From a virus (lineage: Duplodnaviria; Caudoviricetes): DNA of 39,424 bases. Location: positions 1-39,424 of the IMG/VR virus record IMGVR_UViG_3300012933_000132, one strand, 5' to 3'. Positions 7,431 through 16,691 of the stretch are shown here, in pieces. Positions within the stretch are counted from its first letter, which is position 1; every line of letters begins with the position of its first letter. The position numbers and the translations under genes are program-made. Below the pieces are notes generated by a model. That model ran no database searches, was not told the DNA's origin, and saw nothing but the letters and a program-made list of their open reading frames with translations.

Positions 7431-7627
7431 AACACGAAGAACAACAAGCTTTTATCGAGACTTACGATTCAAACGTAGGGATGTATTCAAAGATGCAGGT
7501 GGAACGCATTGTTGAGAGTTTTTACAATGGTGAAGATGTGTCATTGCTTGAAGGAGCAGAGCATATCATTGATTGTTTGATGATATGGATGGCTGCTACA
7601 GTTTATCAAATGAAGAAGGATAACTAA
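7427..7627 (+). CDS. Hypothetical protein
   Basis: 66 aa, ATGA-coupled to upstream gene. Confidence 0.7.
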   Translation: MKHEEQQAFIETYDSNVGMYSKMQVERIVESFYNGEDVSLLEGAEHIIDCLMIWMAATVYQMKKDN

Positions 7628-7628
7628 C

Positions 7629-8003
7629 ATGAAAGTGTTTGTATATTTCAACCTACACAAGAAATGTTTTTCTGTTAAGGCCTTGGAGGGTGAGAACAAA
7701 GGCCGTGTCATACAACACACAGACAATATTGTCCTGCTTTTGCCTGAGTTCAAGGTGTCAGAGGCAGGCAGGCAACGTGTCCTACGTGAGAAGCGTAAGA
7801 ACGTACATGCTGGTGTTGCTGGCTGGCTTGATGTTTTTGATTGTCCTATGAACAAAGACTATTACACACAAGTGAGGTATAACCCATACAAATATTCGTC
7901 TTTTGTTACCAATGATGAGACACCTGTGCATAACGGCATGGTTGCCCATTTGACAGTGACAAACAAAACGCCTAAGATTGAGGCTTATTTACAAGGAGAA
8001 TGA
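7629..8003 (+). CDS. Conserved phage hypothetical protein
   Basis: VYFNLHK...VSEAGRQRVLREKRKNVHA signature, recognisable from other phages. Confidence 0.75.
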   Translation: MKVFVYFNLHKKCFSVKALEGENKGRVIQHTDNIVLLLPEFKVSEAGRQRVLREKRKNVHAGVAGWLDVFDCPMNKDYYTQVRYNPYKYSSFVTNDETPVHNGMVAHLTVTNKTPKIEAYLQGE

Positions 8004-8004
8004 C

Positions 8005-8235
8005 ATGCAGACAATTTACAACCCAACCTATGTGTTGGTTTCTTACAACAATATTCCATTCATGGTTGCTGTTGACACAATCACAGTTGACAAGTACAAC
8101 CCATCAACAGGTGGTGAATATGAGGAGGAAGTTCCTTATGTTGAGAGTGTTTTGATGGGTGGACATGAGATGGTTGACCTTCTTCTAGATGAAGTTGTTG
8201 ATGACCTTCTTAAACTAGCGGTTACTAGCGAGTAA
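8005..8235 (+). CDS. Hypothetical protein
   Basis: AAGGAG RBS before ATG 8005. Confidence 0.7.
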   Translation: MQTIYNPTYVLVSYNNIPFMVAVDTITVDKYNPSTGGEYEEEVPYVESVLMGGHEMVDLLLDEVVDDLLKLAVTSE

Positions 8236-8236
8236 C
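8221..8236. promoter_or_regulatory. 16-bp dyad, copy 3
   Basis: GTTACT-AGCG-AGTAAC overlapping a stop codon. Confidence 0.75.
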
Positions 8237-8288
8237 CATGAAGATATTTTTAGCCATCTGTTTATACCTCTTGTTTTATTTCCTCCTG

Positions 8289-8317
8289 TTGACAAGTCAT
8301 TGAAACATGGATATAAT
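8289..8317 (+). promoter_or_regulatory. sigma70 promoter upstream of the replication genes
   Basis: TTGACA-17 bp-TATAAT followed by an AT-rich tract. Confidence 0.85.
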
Positions 8318-8389
8318 AATACATAGATGTATTGATAGTAATTATTAACATAGTATGTAACTTAGTATGTTACTTATAAGGAAGAAGAC

Positions 8390-8581
8390 ATGAGATGTTA
8401 TTGTTGTAATGATGAACTGACTGACTTTGAAGCTACACGTAGAAGCTCCATCACTGGTGGTTTCTTAGATGTTTGTAATGGTTGTTATCATCATATGAAG
8501 GAAGATGTTTGTGCCATTGAACGTACAGACTTGAGACATGAGGATGATGATGTTAATGAGGAACACGATGAAGACATTTGA
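8390..8581 (+). CDS. Small zinc-finger-like protein
   Basis: CYCC...CNGC pairs, acidic tail. Confidence 0.7.
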   Translation: MRCYCCNDELTDFEATRRSSITGGFLDVCNGCYHHMKEDVCAIERTDLRHEDDDVNEEHDEDI

Positions 8582-8759
8582 ACACGAGGCACACATGATG
8601 TTCACCTTGATGGACATACGTGAACTCATTTCACACATAGGGTATGAAGGTTTTCAACAAGCTCTTTCCACTGTGCTTAACGCAAGTAATGAAGCACGAG
8701 AATTTACAGCTGATGAGAAGGCTTTCATGCAAGGTTTGTTAGACAACTGGAAGCACTGA
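8568..8759 (+). CDS. Hypothetical protein
   Basis: GAGG RBS before ATG 8568. Confidence 0.65.
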   Translation: MKTFEHEAHMMFTLMDIRELISHIGYEGFQQALSTVLNASNEAREFTADEKAFMQGLLDNWKH

Positions 8760-9004
8760 TATGACACCGACACCTAGACTACGCTTTGTTGATCGTGGAG
8801 TTCCTGCGCCTGAACATGGTGAAGGCATTTACAAAACTGTTCGCATCCTTCAGCAATGGTTTGTGTATGACATTCAATACCCGCTGACTCGTGGTGAATG
8901 GCGTGATGTTCCTTTGGGGAAAGAAGAATGATTGCTGATCCACTTATGTTTGTTGAATTCTGTATGTGGCTTAGTGGCTGGAGAAAACGTGGTGGAGGTA
9001 GACG

Positions 9005-9364
9005 ATGAGTAAAGAAGCAAACAAAACACAACGTGCTTTGTCGCTGGCGCTTGAGGCGTTGTATTTGGCTGTGCGAATGGAGCCATCGGATTCAATCCAT
9101 GAATGTCCTGAGATGTTTCAAGGGGCTATTACGGCATTAAGAAACGAACTAGCCAAGCAAGAGCAGGGGAGCACTACGTGCGACAAGCCTGTGGCGTGTG
9201 CAAATGGGTGCAGCAAGTTTTTTAGGCATCCGCAACCACAACAACGCACATGGGTTGGGCTGACTGATTTGGAGATGGCAGAGTTTGTAAAAACAATGGA
9301 GCGAGGTAACTTCTTGGTGGCGATATACGACATAGAGAAGAAGCTCAAGGAGAAGAACACATGA
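9005..9364 (+). CDS. Hypothetical protein
   Basis: GGAGG RBS; WVGLTD...IEKKLKEKNT phage-type ending. Confidence 0.7.
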   Translation: MSKEANKTQRALSLALEALYLAVRMEPSDSIHECPEMFQGAITALRNELAKQEQGSTTCDKPVACANGCSKFFRHPQPQQRTWVGLTDLEMAEFVKTMERGNFLVAIYDIEKKLKEKNT

Positions 9365-9525
9365 GTGATGGAGGTAAGGGCAGTGCAAGACGTAAGGAAG
9401 ATGCACAAGCCATATTAAACAATTGGGACAAAATCTTTAATAAGAAACCAGACACACAACAACCAGAGGAAGAACATGGCGTTCGTGAAGACACACCAAC
9501 CATGCCCGAGCTGCGAAAGCAGTGA
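9361..9525 (+). CDS. Small conserved phage protein (not in ORF track)
   Basis: MSDGGKGS...NWDKIF, 54 aa, ATGA-coupled with AGGAG RBS. Confidence 0.6.
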   Translation: MSDGGKGSARRKEDAQAILNNWDKIFNKKPDTQQPEEEHGVREDTPTMPELRKQ

Positions 9526-11083
9526 TGGCCTATCAATTAACGAAGACGGAAGCACCTATTGCTTTGTCTGTAACACACACACTAAGGCTAACAAAATGAT
9601 TGAGGCACCCATGCCATACACCCCGTTGAAAGAGATCAACCAAGAGGCTGTAAATGCCCTTCGTGCGTCCTTTCATAGCCTGCCTACCCCTGCCATTGGT
9701 AGCCGCCGCATTAGCAAGGCAACAGTTGAACGCTATGGTGTTGTTGCTGACACATCACACATCTTGTTTCCTTATTACAAGGAAGACAAACTGTTTGCTG
9801 CAAAGAAACGTACCATTGTAGGCAAAGACTTTCAAACTGTTGGTGAATGGAAAGGCACTGGCTTGTTTGGTCAGCAGTTGTTCACCAAGGGTGGTAAATA
9901 TCTAACCATTGTTGAGGGTGAGTTTGATGCATTGGCTGTGTATCAAATGCTTGGTAGCAAGTGGCCTGTTGTTTCCATTCGTAATGGTGCAGGTGGTGCA
10001 GCTAAGGATTGCAAGGAGCAATACGAGTGGCTGTCTTCCTTTGAGAACATCGTCATTTGTTTTGATGGTGATGAAGCAGGACAGCAGGCAGCTAAGCAGG
10101 TGGCTTCCTTGTTTGCTGGCAAGGCCAAGACATTCAAGCCTGTCGAGGGATATAAGGATGGCTGTGACTTCCTTATTTCTGGCAAAGAGAAGGAGTTCAT
10201 TGACCGCTGGTGGGCAGCTGAGCGTGTTGTACCTGATGGTATTGTCCCTGCCTCCACCCTGTGGGAGAGCGTGTCTAAGCCCTTGGATAAGGCAGAGGTG
10301 TCCTACCCCTATGATGGCCTTAACAAGCTAACCTATGGCATCCGCAAGGGAGAGCTGGTTACAGTGACAGCAGGCTCAGGCTTAGGCAAGAGTCAGTTTC
10401 TACGTGAAGTGATATGGCACATCCTTAGCAAGACACAAGACAACATTGGCTTGATGTTCTTGGAGGAGAGTGTTCGTAAGACAGGCCTATCTTTGATGAG
10501 CTTGGCTGCTAATAAACCTTTGCATCTACCAGACTGTGATGCAACTGAACAGGAAAAACGTGATGCTTTTGACGCAACTCTTGGCAGTGACCGCCTTTAT
10601 ATGTTCGACCATTTTGGTAGTACTAACATTGAGAACATCATCAAGCGAGTCGAAGAATTCTCAGTTGCTTTTGGCTGTGGCTATGTATTTCTTGACCATG
10701 TATCCATTGTTGTAAGTAGCCAAGAGAATGGTGATGAACGTAAAGCATTAGACATGGTGATGACAGAGCTTCGTACCTTGGTGCAGAAGACAGGCATCAG
10801 CCTCATCATTGTGTCCCACCTCAAGCGTCCTTCTGACAAGGGACACGAGGAAGGTGCAGCTACATCACTGGCTCAGCTTCGTGGCTCAGGCTCAATTGCT
10901 CAGCTGTCAGACATGGTGCTTGGCTTGGAGCGTAATGGTCAGGCAGAAGATGAGACAGAACGTAACACCACCAAGGTGAGGGTGTTGAAGAATCGTTTCA
11001 GTGGCATCACTGGCCCAGCATGTAAGCTGTTGTATAATAAACATACAGGAAGGATGACAGAGCGTGACGAAGAAGCCCTTTAA
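9476..11083 (+). CDS. T7 gp4-like primase-helicase
   Basis: CPSC...CFVC zinc domain, TOPRIM EGEFD / FDGDEAG, Walker A AGSGLGKS, LRGSGSIAQLSD, KNRFSG. Confidence 0.95.
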   Translation: MAFVKTHQPCPSCESSDGLSINEDGSTYCFVCNTHTKANKMIEAPMPYTPLKEINQEAVNALRASFHSLPTPAIGSRRISKATVERYGVVADTSHILFPYYKEDKLFAAKKRTIVGKDFQTVGEWKGTGLFGQQLFTKGGKYLTIVEGEFDALAVYQMLGSKWPVVSIRNGAGGAAKDCKEQYEWLSSFENIVICFDGDEAGQQAAKQVASLFAGKAKTFKPVEGYKDGCDFLISGKEKEFIDRWWAAERVVPDGIVPASTLWESVSKPLDKAEVSYPYDGLNKLTYGIRKGELVTVTAGSGLGKSQFLREVIWHILSKTQDNIGLMFLEESVRKTGLSLMSLAANKPLHLPDCDATEQEKRDAFDATLGSDRLYMFDHFGSTNIENIIKRVEEFSVAFGCGYVFLDHVSIVVSSQENGDERKALDMVMTELRTLVQKTGISLIIVSHLKRPSDKGHEEGAATSLAQLRGSGSIAQLSDMVLGLERNGQAEDETERNTTKVRVLKNRFSGITGPACKLLYNKHTGRMTERDEEAL

Positions 11084-11228
11084 AGAAGACACAACATGGC
11101 CCTTCCCTTCCAACCTACCTGCTAAGACAATGCATGGGGTTGAGAGGACAGACAAGGATGGAAACAAATATGTCAAGGTAACTAGCAAGTTACTTGTTCT
11201 TAGGAAGAAGAAGGGAACTACTTCATGA
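11064..11228 (+). CDS. Small hypothetical protein (not in ORF track)
   Basis: 54 aa GTG-start ORF with WPFP; stop is ATGA-coupled to next gene. Confidence 0.5.
   Translation: MTKKPFKEDTTWPFPSNLPAKTMHGVERTDKDGNKYVKVTSKLLVLRKKKGTTS
11178..11193. promoter_or_regulatory. 16-bp dyad, copy 4
   Basis: GTAACT-AGCA-AGTTAC. Confidence 0.75.
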
Positions 11229-11500
11229 AACAAGACATCATTGAGATGGCTAGACAGGCTGGCCTATCGAATCCGCTTTGGATTGAAAACGATTACGCAA
11301 TCATTGAAGCATTTGCCAAACTGGTGGAAGCACACACTCGTGGACAGATATTTAAACCTGATTGGGACAACTATCGCCAAGGCTTGATTGATGGCGCAAC
11401 AGCAGAGCGTGAGGCGTGTATTCAAATTCAAGAAGATTGGCAATATACATACGCTAATGATTTAGTGCAGAAAATCAGAGCAAGAGGGGAGCAGCAATGA
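11225..11500 (+). CDS. Hypothetical protein
   Basis: IIEMARQAG...AEREAC...IRARGE phage-type hypothetical. Confidence 0.7.
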   Translation: MKQDIIEMARQAGLSNPLWIENDYAIIEAFAKLVEAHTRGQIFKPDWDNYRQGLIDGATAEREACIQIQEDWQYTYANDLVQKIRARGEQQ

Positions 11501-11646
11501 TTGAACAAGCTATTGTTGCAGCAACAGGTATTGGATATGCCATCGTAGGTGTGTTACAATGGAGCAAGGGAGAGCTTTCCAATGGTATGATTTGGGTAGG
11601 CTATGCCTTTGCACAGGTTGGTTTGTTTTTAAATTTGAAAGTGTAA
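11497..11646 (+). CDS. Small two-TM membrane protein (not in ORF track)
   Basis: 49 aa hydrophobic, ATGA-coupled, GGAG RBS. Confidence 0.6.
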   Translation: MIEQAIVAATGIGYAIVGVLQWSKGELSNGMIWVGYAFAQVGLFLNLKV

Positions 11647-11647
11647 A

Positions 11648-11833
11648 ATGTATTTTGAACACAACAAAGTGTCTATAACTTTTGAACTTGTAATGCACAA
11701 AACTTCTAGTGATGCACATAGAGCAGCTATAATGAGCCACATTTGTAACAAGCTTCGTCTTATTCTTGATGAAGAAAAACATTTGATTCACACACCACCA
11801 CAGATACACTACCAAAGGGTTGACAATGCGTAA
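11648..11833 (+). CDS. Hypothetical protein
   Basis: Fills the gap between coupled genes. Confidence 0.55.
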   Translation: MYFEHNKVSITFELVMHKTSSDAHRAAIMSHICNKLRLILDEEKHLIHTPPQIHYQRVDNA

Positions 11834-12248
11834 CGTAGAACTATGGCACAAACGTGCAAGACCAGAGCCAACAGATGCTGACATGCAGGTGCAGCTAGGC
11901 TGTCACATCGAAGAGATTGTTGAGATGTTTGATTCTCTTGATCTTCACCACAGCTGGGCTGCATTGGCTGACGAGCTAAGCCTCTTGGCTACACGCTTGA
12001 AACAAGGAGAGACAATTGTTTCTATCAAAGATCGTGAAGCGTTCCTCGACAGCTTGGCTGATCAGGTTGTTACTGCTATTGGCGTTGGGCATTGTGCTAA
12101 GATGCGCACAGCCGAGGCAATTGAAGAGGTAAACCGTAGTAACTGGAGTAAGTTTGACCAAGAGACAGGGCAACCAATCTTCTCTCCCTATGGTAAGATA
12201 ACCAAAGGCCCTAACTATCGTCCACCATCCTTGAAAGAGTTTATCTAA
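11826..12248 (+). CDS. MazG-like / PRA-PH nucleotide pyrophosphohydrolase
   Basis: EEIVE...DSLAD acidic motifs; VNRSNWSK...GKITKGPNY.PP.L. Confidence 0.75.
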   Translation: MRNVELWHKRARPEPTDADMQVQLGCHIEEIVEMFDSLDLHHSWAALADELSLLATRLKQGETIVSIKDREAFLDSLADQVVTAIGVGHCAKMRTAEAIEEVNRSNWSKFDQETGQPIFSPYGKITKGPNYRPPSLKEFI

Positions 12249-12439
12249 TGAAGCAGCTTACAATGACAGTTGTGTTAGAATTTGATGAAGAGATCATGTG
12301 TGATTGGGAAGAAGAAGGACATCGTGATTGGTTCTTTAATGAAGTGCTTAATCCTCAATGGCTTTCTCTTATTTCTGGAAAAATTGGAGATGAAGTTGGT
12401 AGAATAGTTTCTGTTGATATTAAGAAAGACAATCTATGA
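12248..12439 (+). CDS. Hypothetical protein
   Basis: TAATG-coupled 63 aa ORF. Confidence 0.6.
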   Translation: MKQLTMTVVLEFDEEIMCDWEEEGHRDWFFNEVLNPQWLSLISGKIGDEVGRIVSVDIKKDNL

Positions 12440-12867
12440 AGATGAAAGACCACCACACAGATGATTGGGGTGATGCTATCGACACCACTAACAACACGCT
12501 AGGTAAGCTGTTGCGTGAACGTCTAGACAGTGGTATCATTCCTATTCGTTGCACCACTGACGAGCTTAACAAGAAACCTCCTGTAATGATTGGACGAAAG
12601 ATGAACAAAACTATTGATGAAACCCTTGAGCAACGTGGCAACAACTATGGTGACTATCGTGATGTAGCATACGCTGCACAAGAGCTGAAGAAAACCCTGC
12701 GTTATTCAAAGAGCTGGCATAACATGGAACCATACATGCAAGAAAGCCTTGACATGATTTGCAATAAGATGGCACGTATTGTTAATGGCAATCCCTATTA
12801 CGATGATAGCTGGCATGACATCTGTGGTTATGCTACACTCGTGGAGAAACAACTGGAGAAAAAGTGA
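12436..12867 (+). CDS. Conserved phage protein (DUF6378-like C-terminal part)
   Basis: TLEQRG..YGD...KMARI.NG.P...DSWHDI.GYA.L; alternative start near 12601. Confidence 0.65.
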   Translation: MKMKDHHTDDWGDAIDTTNNTLGKLLRERLDSGIIPIRCTTDELNKKPPVMIGRKMNKTIDETLEQRGNNYGDYRDVAYAAQELKKTLRYSKSWHNMEPYMQESLDMICNKMARIVNGNPYYDDSWHDICGYATLVEKQLEKK

Positions 12868-14654
12868 AACTCTATCTAGACATTGAGACAACAACAGATC
12901 ATAAAAAGATTTGGTGTTGCTTCACCTATGATGAAACCAATGGACATGTATGTCACACAAAACCGGATACACTCACACCCTTAATCGCAAGCTCCGAAAC
13001 AGTGATCGCACACAACTTGATAGGCTTCGATGGGCCAGTCCTGAAGAAGTGTTGGGGCGTGACGATACCAGCGAAGAAGGCGAAAGATACCTTGATCTTG
13101 TCTCGTCTATACAATCCCAATATCGAAGGAGGCCACAGCTTGAAAGCATGGGGCGAAAGAGTGGGAGAGAAGAAGATTGATTATGAACAACGATGGAAAG
13201 AGACAGGCTTAGAAGGCAACTGCTATGACAACCCTTCTCTTCCATTGATGTTTGAGTATTGTGAACAAGACGTAGCTGTTCTTATTAAGGTGGAGCAGCT
13301 CATTGATAAGATGCTAGACCAAGACAAGTTCTCTCCTGAGTGTCGTAAGCTTGAGCATGATGTTGCAATCATCATTCAGAAACAACATGAACATGGGTTT
13401 AAACTTGACATTCAGAAAGCTCAGGGCCTATTGGCAACTCTTAGTGGTAAGATGGTGGATATTGAAAATCAATTACAAACTATCTTCCCTCCTGTCATCG
13501 AAGAGATGAAGAAGCCAGCTTACTGGTTACTAGGTAGTTACCAAGCAGAGACAAAGACAGAGCTTAAGCAAGTGCTAAAGGCTGCTGGTCTCAAGCCTTC
13601 TCTTGCTGATGATGCTGTTGCTGGGCCTATGAAAACTAAGAGCATCCCCTTCAACCCCGGCTCTCGACAACAGATTGCTGAACGGTTGCAAGGACTTGGT
13701 GTTAAGTTCTCTAAGACTACAGACAAAGGCTCCATCATTGTGGACGAGAAGGTGCTAGAGAAGATTGATCTGCCAGAAGCTAAGGCTCTGTTGGAATATC
13801 TGATGTTGCAGAAGCGTGTAGCTCAGGTGTCTAGCTGGCTTGAGGAAGTGAAAGAAGATGGTAGGGTACATGGACGAGTGAACACCAATGGTGCTGTCAC
13901 TGGACGTATGACACACAGCTCTCCTAACATGGCTCAAGTTCCTAACAGTGGTAGTGTGTATGGCCCTGAGTGTCGTGAGCTGTGGACTGTGGACAAAGAC
14001 AATGTGTTAGTTGGTGCTGATGCTAGTGGCCTTGAGCTGCGTATGCTGGCACATTACATGAAGGACGAAGGCTATGTCAGAACAGTTTGTGATGGAAGTA
14101 GCAAAGACGGTACGGATGTCCACACAGTTAACCAACGAGCTGCTGGACTTGCTACACGAGATGCAGCAAAGACGTTCATCTATGCCTTCCTCTATGGTGC
14201 AGGAGATGCAAAGATTGGTAGCATCGTTGGAGGTAGCTCAGTGCAGGGTGCAAAACTTAAGGCTAAGTTCCTTGAACAGACACCAGCCCTGAATGTTCTA
14301 ATCAAACGTGTTCATGCAGCTGCTGACCAAGGCTTTGTGCGTGGCTTAGATGGCAGGAAGATATGGGTACGTAGTTCTCATGCTGCCCTTAACAGCCTGC
14401 TTCAAGGAGCTGGTGCAATTGTGATGAAGAAAGCGTTGGTACTTCTTAGCAAACACCTACATAAACAAAAGATTGTGCATGGCTTCTGTGCTAATGTGCA
14501 TGACGAATGGCAGATTGAAACAAAGAAACAATATGCTGATGTTGTAGGAAAACTTGCTGTACAATCCATCGAAGAGGCAGGTAAGGAACTAGGTTTGTTC
14601 TGCCCTGTATCTGGTGAATATAATGTTGGCTCTAACTGGAAGGAAACACATTGA
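12864..14654 (+). CDS. Family A DNA polymerase with 3'-5' exonuclease
   Basis: ExoI LDIET, ExoII HNLIGFD, motif A DASGLELR, motif B RDAAKTFIYAFLYG, motif C VHDE. Confidence 0.95.
   Translation: MKLYLDIETTTDHKKIWCCFTYDETNGHVCHTKPDTLTPLIASSETVIAHNLIGFDGPVLKKCWGVTIPAKKAKDTLILSRLYNPNIEGGHSLKAWGERVGEKKIDYEQRWKETGLEGNCYDNPSLPLMFEYCEQDVAVLIKVEQLIDKMLDQDKFSPECRKLEHDVAIIIQKQHEHGFKLDIQKAQGLLATLSGKMVDIENQLQTIFPPVIEEMKKPAYWLLGSYQAETKTELKQVLKAAGLKPSLADDAVAGPMKTKSIPFNPGSRQQIAERLQGLGVKFSKTTDKGSIIVDEKVLEKIDLPEAKALLEYLMLQKRVAQVSSWLEEVKEDGRVHGRVNTNGAVTGRMTHSSPNMAQVPNSGSVYGPECRELWTVDKDNVLVGADASGLELRMLAHYMKDEGYVRTVCDGSSKDGTDVHTVNQRAAGLATRDAAKTFIYAFLYGAGDAKIGSIVGGSSVQGAKLKAKFLEQTPALNVLIKRVHAAADQGFVRGLDGRKIWVRSSHAALNSLLQGAGAIVMKKALVLLSKHLHKQKIVHGFCANVHDEWQIETKKQYADVVGKLAVQSIEEAGKELGLFCPVSGEYNVGSNWKETH
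13526..13541. promoter_or_regulatory. 16-bp dyad, copy 5 (inside polymerase gene)
   Basis: GTTACT-AGGT-AGTTAC; 19/21 identity with copy 1 including flanks. Confidence 0.7.
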
Positions 14655-14851
14655 CATACGAAGAACAAATTGAAAAGCTTTACAATGAATCAGATTCAAT
14701 GGTTCATATCTTTGTTACTGGCAACCAAATCACATTGGTACACAGTCCCCTAGATAGTGAAGAAGAAGTATTAAACATCCTTAATAGTGCTGCTGCTAAC
14801 ATGGTTATGCGTGGAGCACTTGACAAGGCTAGTGGAAATCGGTTACAATAA
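14651..14851 (+). CDS. Hypothetical protein
   Basis: TTGA-coupled, AAGGA RBS. Confidence 0.6.
   Translation: MTYEEQIEKLYNESDSMVHIFVTGNQITLVHSPLDSEEEVLNILNSAAANMVMRGALDKASGNRLQ
14820..14849 (+). promoter_or_regulatory. sigma70 promoter for the SSB gene
   Basis: TTGACA-18 bp-TACAAT. Confidence 0.55.
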
Positions 14852-14898
14852 TGTATGACAGGGAGGAAAGACTCTCATAAACTAAACAAAGGAAATAT

Positions 14899-15348
14899 AT
14901 GACACAAGTTAAATTGGTTGGCAAACTCTTCTGGGCTAAGCACATGGACACCCCTAACACAGAGTTCAACCCTGCTGAGACTCGTAACGAAATCTGTATT
15001 GGTGGTCTGTCAGACACACTGGTTGCACGTTTGAAGGACGAGCTTAATGTGAAGGTGAAAGAGAAAGCTGATGACAAGTATGGTCGTGGTAAATACATCA
15101 TCGTTAAGACGAAGTATGTTATCAAGGCAGTGGATGAGAATGGTAATGAGGTGGTTCCTTCTGCCATTGGCAATGGTACTGTTGCTGAGCTGACAGTTAG
15201 TAGCTACTCACACAAGATGACAGCAATGCATGGCAATGCGCCTTCGTTGTTGCATAGTGATAAGTACCCAGCCCTCAAGATTAAGGAGCTTGTAGCCCCT
15301 CCTGATGCCTCTGCTGTGCAAGAAGAAGAAGCAGAAGTGGTGCTGTAA
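14899..15348 (+). CDS. Probable single-stranded DNA-binding protein (gp2.5-like)
   Basis: GKLFWAK start, IGNGT motif, acidic C-terminal tail ending hydrophobic; position between polymerase and exonuclease. Confidence 0.65.
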   Translation: MTQVKLVGKLFWAKHMDTPNTEFNPAETRNEICIGGLSDTLVARLKDELNVKVKEKADDKYGRGKYIIVKTKYVIKAVDENGNEVVPSAIGNGTVAELTVSSYSHKMTAMHGNAPSLLHSDKYPALKIKELVAPPDASAVQEEEAEVVL

Positions 15349-16031
15349 TGATTGGCCTTGTAGACGGAGACATGATGTGCTATCGCATCGCCTTTGCCTG
15401 CAAGGATGAGACAGAGAAGGTGGCTATCAAGACGATGGCTACCTTCTTGGAAGAAGTCTTAATGACACAGCTAGACTTGAATGAATGGGAAGTGTTCCTA
15501 ACAGGGAAGACAAACTTTCGTAACGAGATAGCTGTGACTGTTCCTTACAAGGGCAATAGGAAAGATGTTGAGAAACCAGCACACCTAGAAATCTTACGTA
15601 ACTATCTAGTAACCGCATGGGCTGCTACGATTAGTGATAACGAAGAAGCAGATGATGTCATTGCTATTCGTGCAACAGAACTTGGTGATGAATCCATCAT
15701 CATTTCCTTAGACAAAGACTTTGATCAGGTGCAAGGATGGCATTACAATTTTGTGAAACAAAAAAAGTATTATGTATCCGAAGAGGAAGGACTCCGGTTC
15801 TTTTACAAGCAGATACTGATGGGCGACAAGGCAGACAACATTGTGGGCATCAAGGGAGTGGGGCCTGTGAAGGCAGAGAAGATGCTTGCAAAAGCTACAA
15901 CCCCCGAAAGCCTGTATGCAGTGTGCTTGGAGGCTCTGGGCGCAGAACGAACACTTGAGAATGGACAACTACTATGGCTACGAAGAACACCAAACCAAAT
16001 GTGGCTCCCGCCTACAGAACATTTTATCTAG
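15348..16031 (+). CDS. 5'-3' exonuclease (T7 gp6-like)
   Basis: LVDGD, YKGNRK, EADD, DKDFDQ, GDKADNIVGIKGVG. Confidence 0.9.
   Translation: MIGLVDGDMMCYRIAFACKDETEKVAIKTMATFLEEVLMTQLDLNEWEVFLTGKTNFRNEIAVTVPYKGNRKDVEKPAHLEILRNYLVTAWAATISDNEEADDVIAIRATELGDESIIISLDKDFDQVQGWHYNFVKQKKYYVSEEEGLRFFYKQILMGDKADNIVGIKGVGPVKAEKMLAKATTPESLYAVCLEALGAERTLENGQLLWLRRTPNQMWLPPTEHFI
15598..15613. promoter_or_regulatory. 16-bp dyad, copy 6 (inside exonuclease gene)
   Basis: GTAACT-ATCT-AGTAAC. Confidence 0.7.
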
Positions 16032-16288
16032 CAGGTTGTCAGTGGACTGTCTATCTAAGCAAGGACATTACAGAGATGGGGACATGTAACCCCATGACGT
16101 ATGAGATTGTTATCAAAGAGAACATGACACCACAGGCAATCGAAGCCACCTTCTTTCACGAGTTGGTACACGCAATTAAATTTACAATGGGAGAGACCAA
16201 CCACGATGAACGAGAAGTTGAAGCCTTTGGAAACCTACTCCACCAGACGTTTGTACAACTGTGGAGAATGGACACCAGCGAGGTTTAG
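15974..16288 (+). CDS. Small HExxH metallopeptidase-like protein
   Basis: FFHELVHAI...HDERE. Confidence 0.65.
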   Translation: MATKNTKPNVAPAYRTFYLAGCQWTVYLSKDITEMGTCNPMTYEIVIKENMTPQAIEATFFHELVHAIKFTMGETNHDEREVEAFGNLLHQTFVQLWRMDTSEV

Positions 16289-16691
16289 AAGCTTCGTTGT
16301 ATCTGCTCTACGTACAGCAACACGTAGGTGGCCTCCTAAGTACAAGGCTTTGAAAGAAGCGTATGCAGGACGGAAGACCAATAAGAAAACAAATAAGCTG
16401 GCTATGCACTACAAGTGTGCATGTTGCAAGAAAGAGTTTGTAGCAGCTGATGTACAGGTAGATCACATTCTTCCTGTTGTTAACACTAAGACAGGCTTCA
16501 CAACATGGGAAGAATATATTAACAACATGTTCTGCGAGAAGGATAACCTTCAAGTGTTGTGTAAGCCTTGTCATTCAATCAAGACACAAGAAGAGAAAGA
16601 AGAGAGGAAAGAACATGGCAAGACCAAAGGGCAGCAAGAACAAGACAGCCGAGCCAAGCCAAGAGCCACAAGAAAGCGAGCCAAAGCCTGA
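16206..16691 (+). CDS. HNH endonuclease
   Basis: CACC...VQVDHILP...NLQVLCKPCH; start uncertain. Confidence 0.8.
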   Translation: MNEKLKPLETYSTRRLYNCGEWTPARFRSFVVSALRTATRRWPPKYKALKEAYAGRKTNKKTNKLAMHYKCACCKKEFVAADVQVDHILPVVNTKTGFTTWEEYINNMFCEKDNLQVLCKPCHSIKTQEEKEERKEHGKTKGQQEQDSRAKPRATRKRAKA

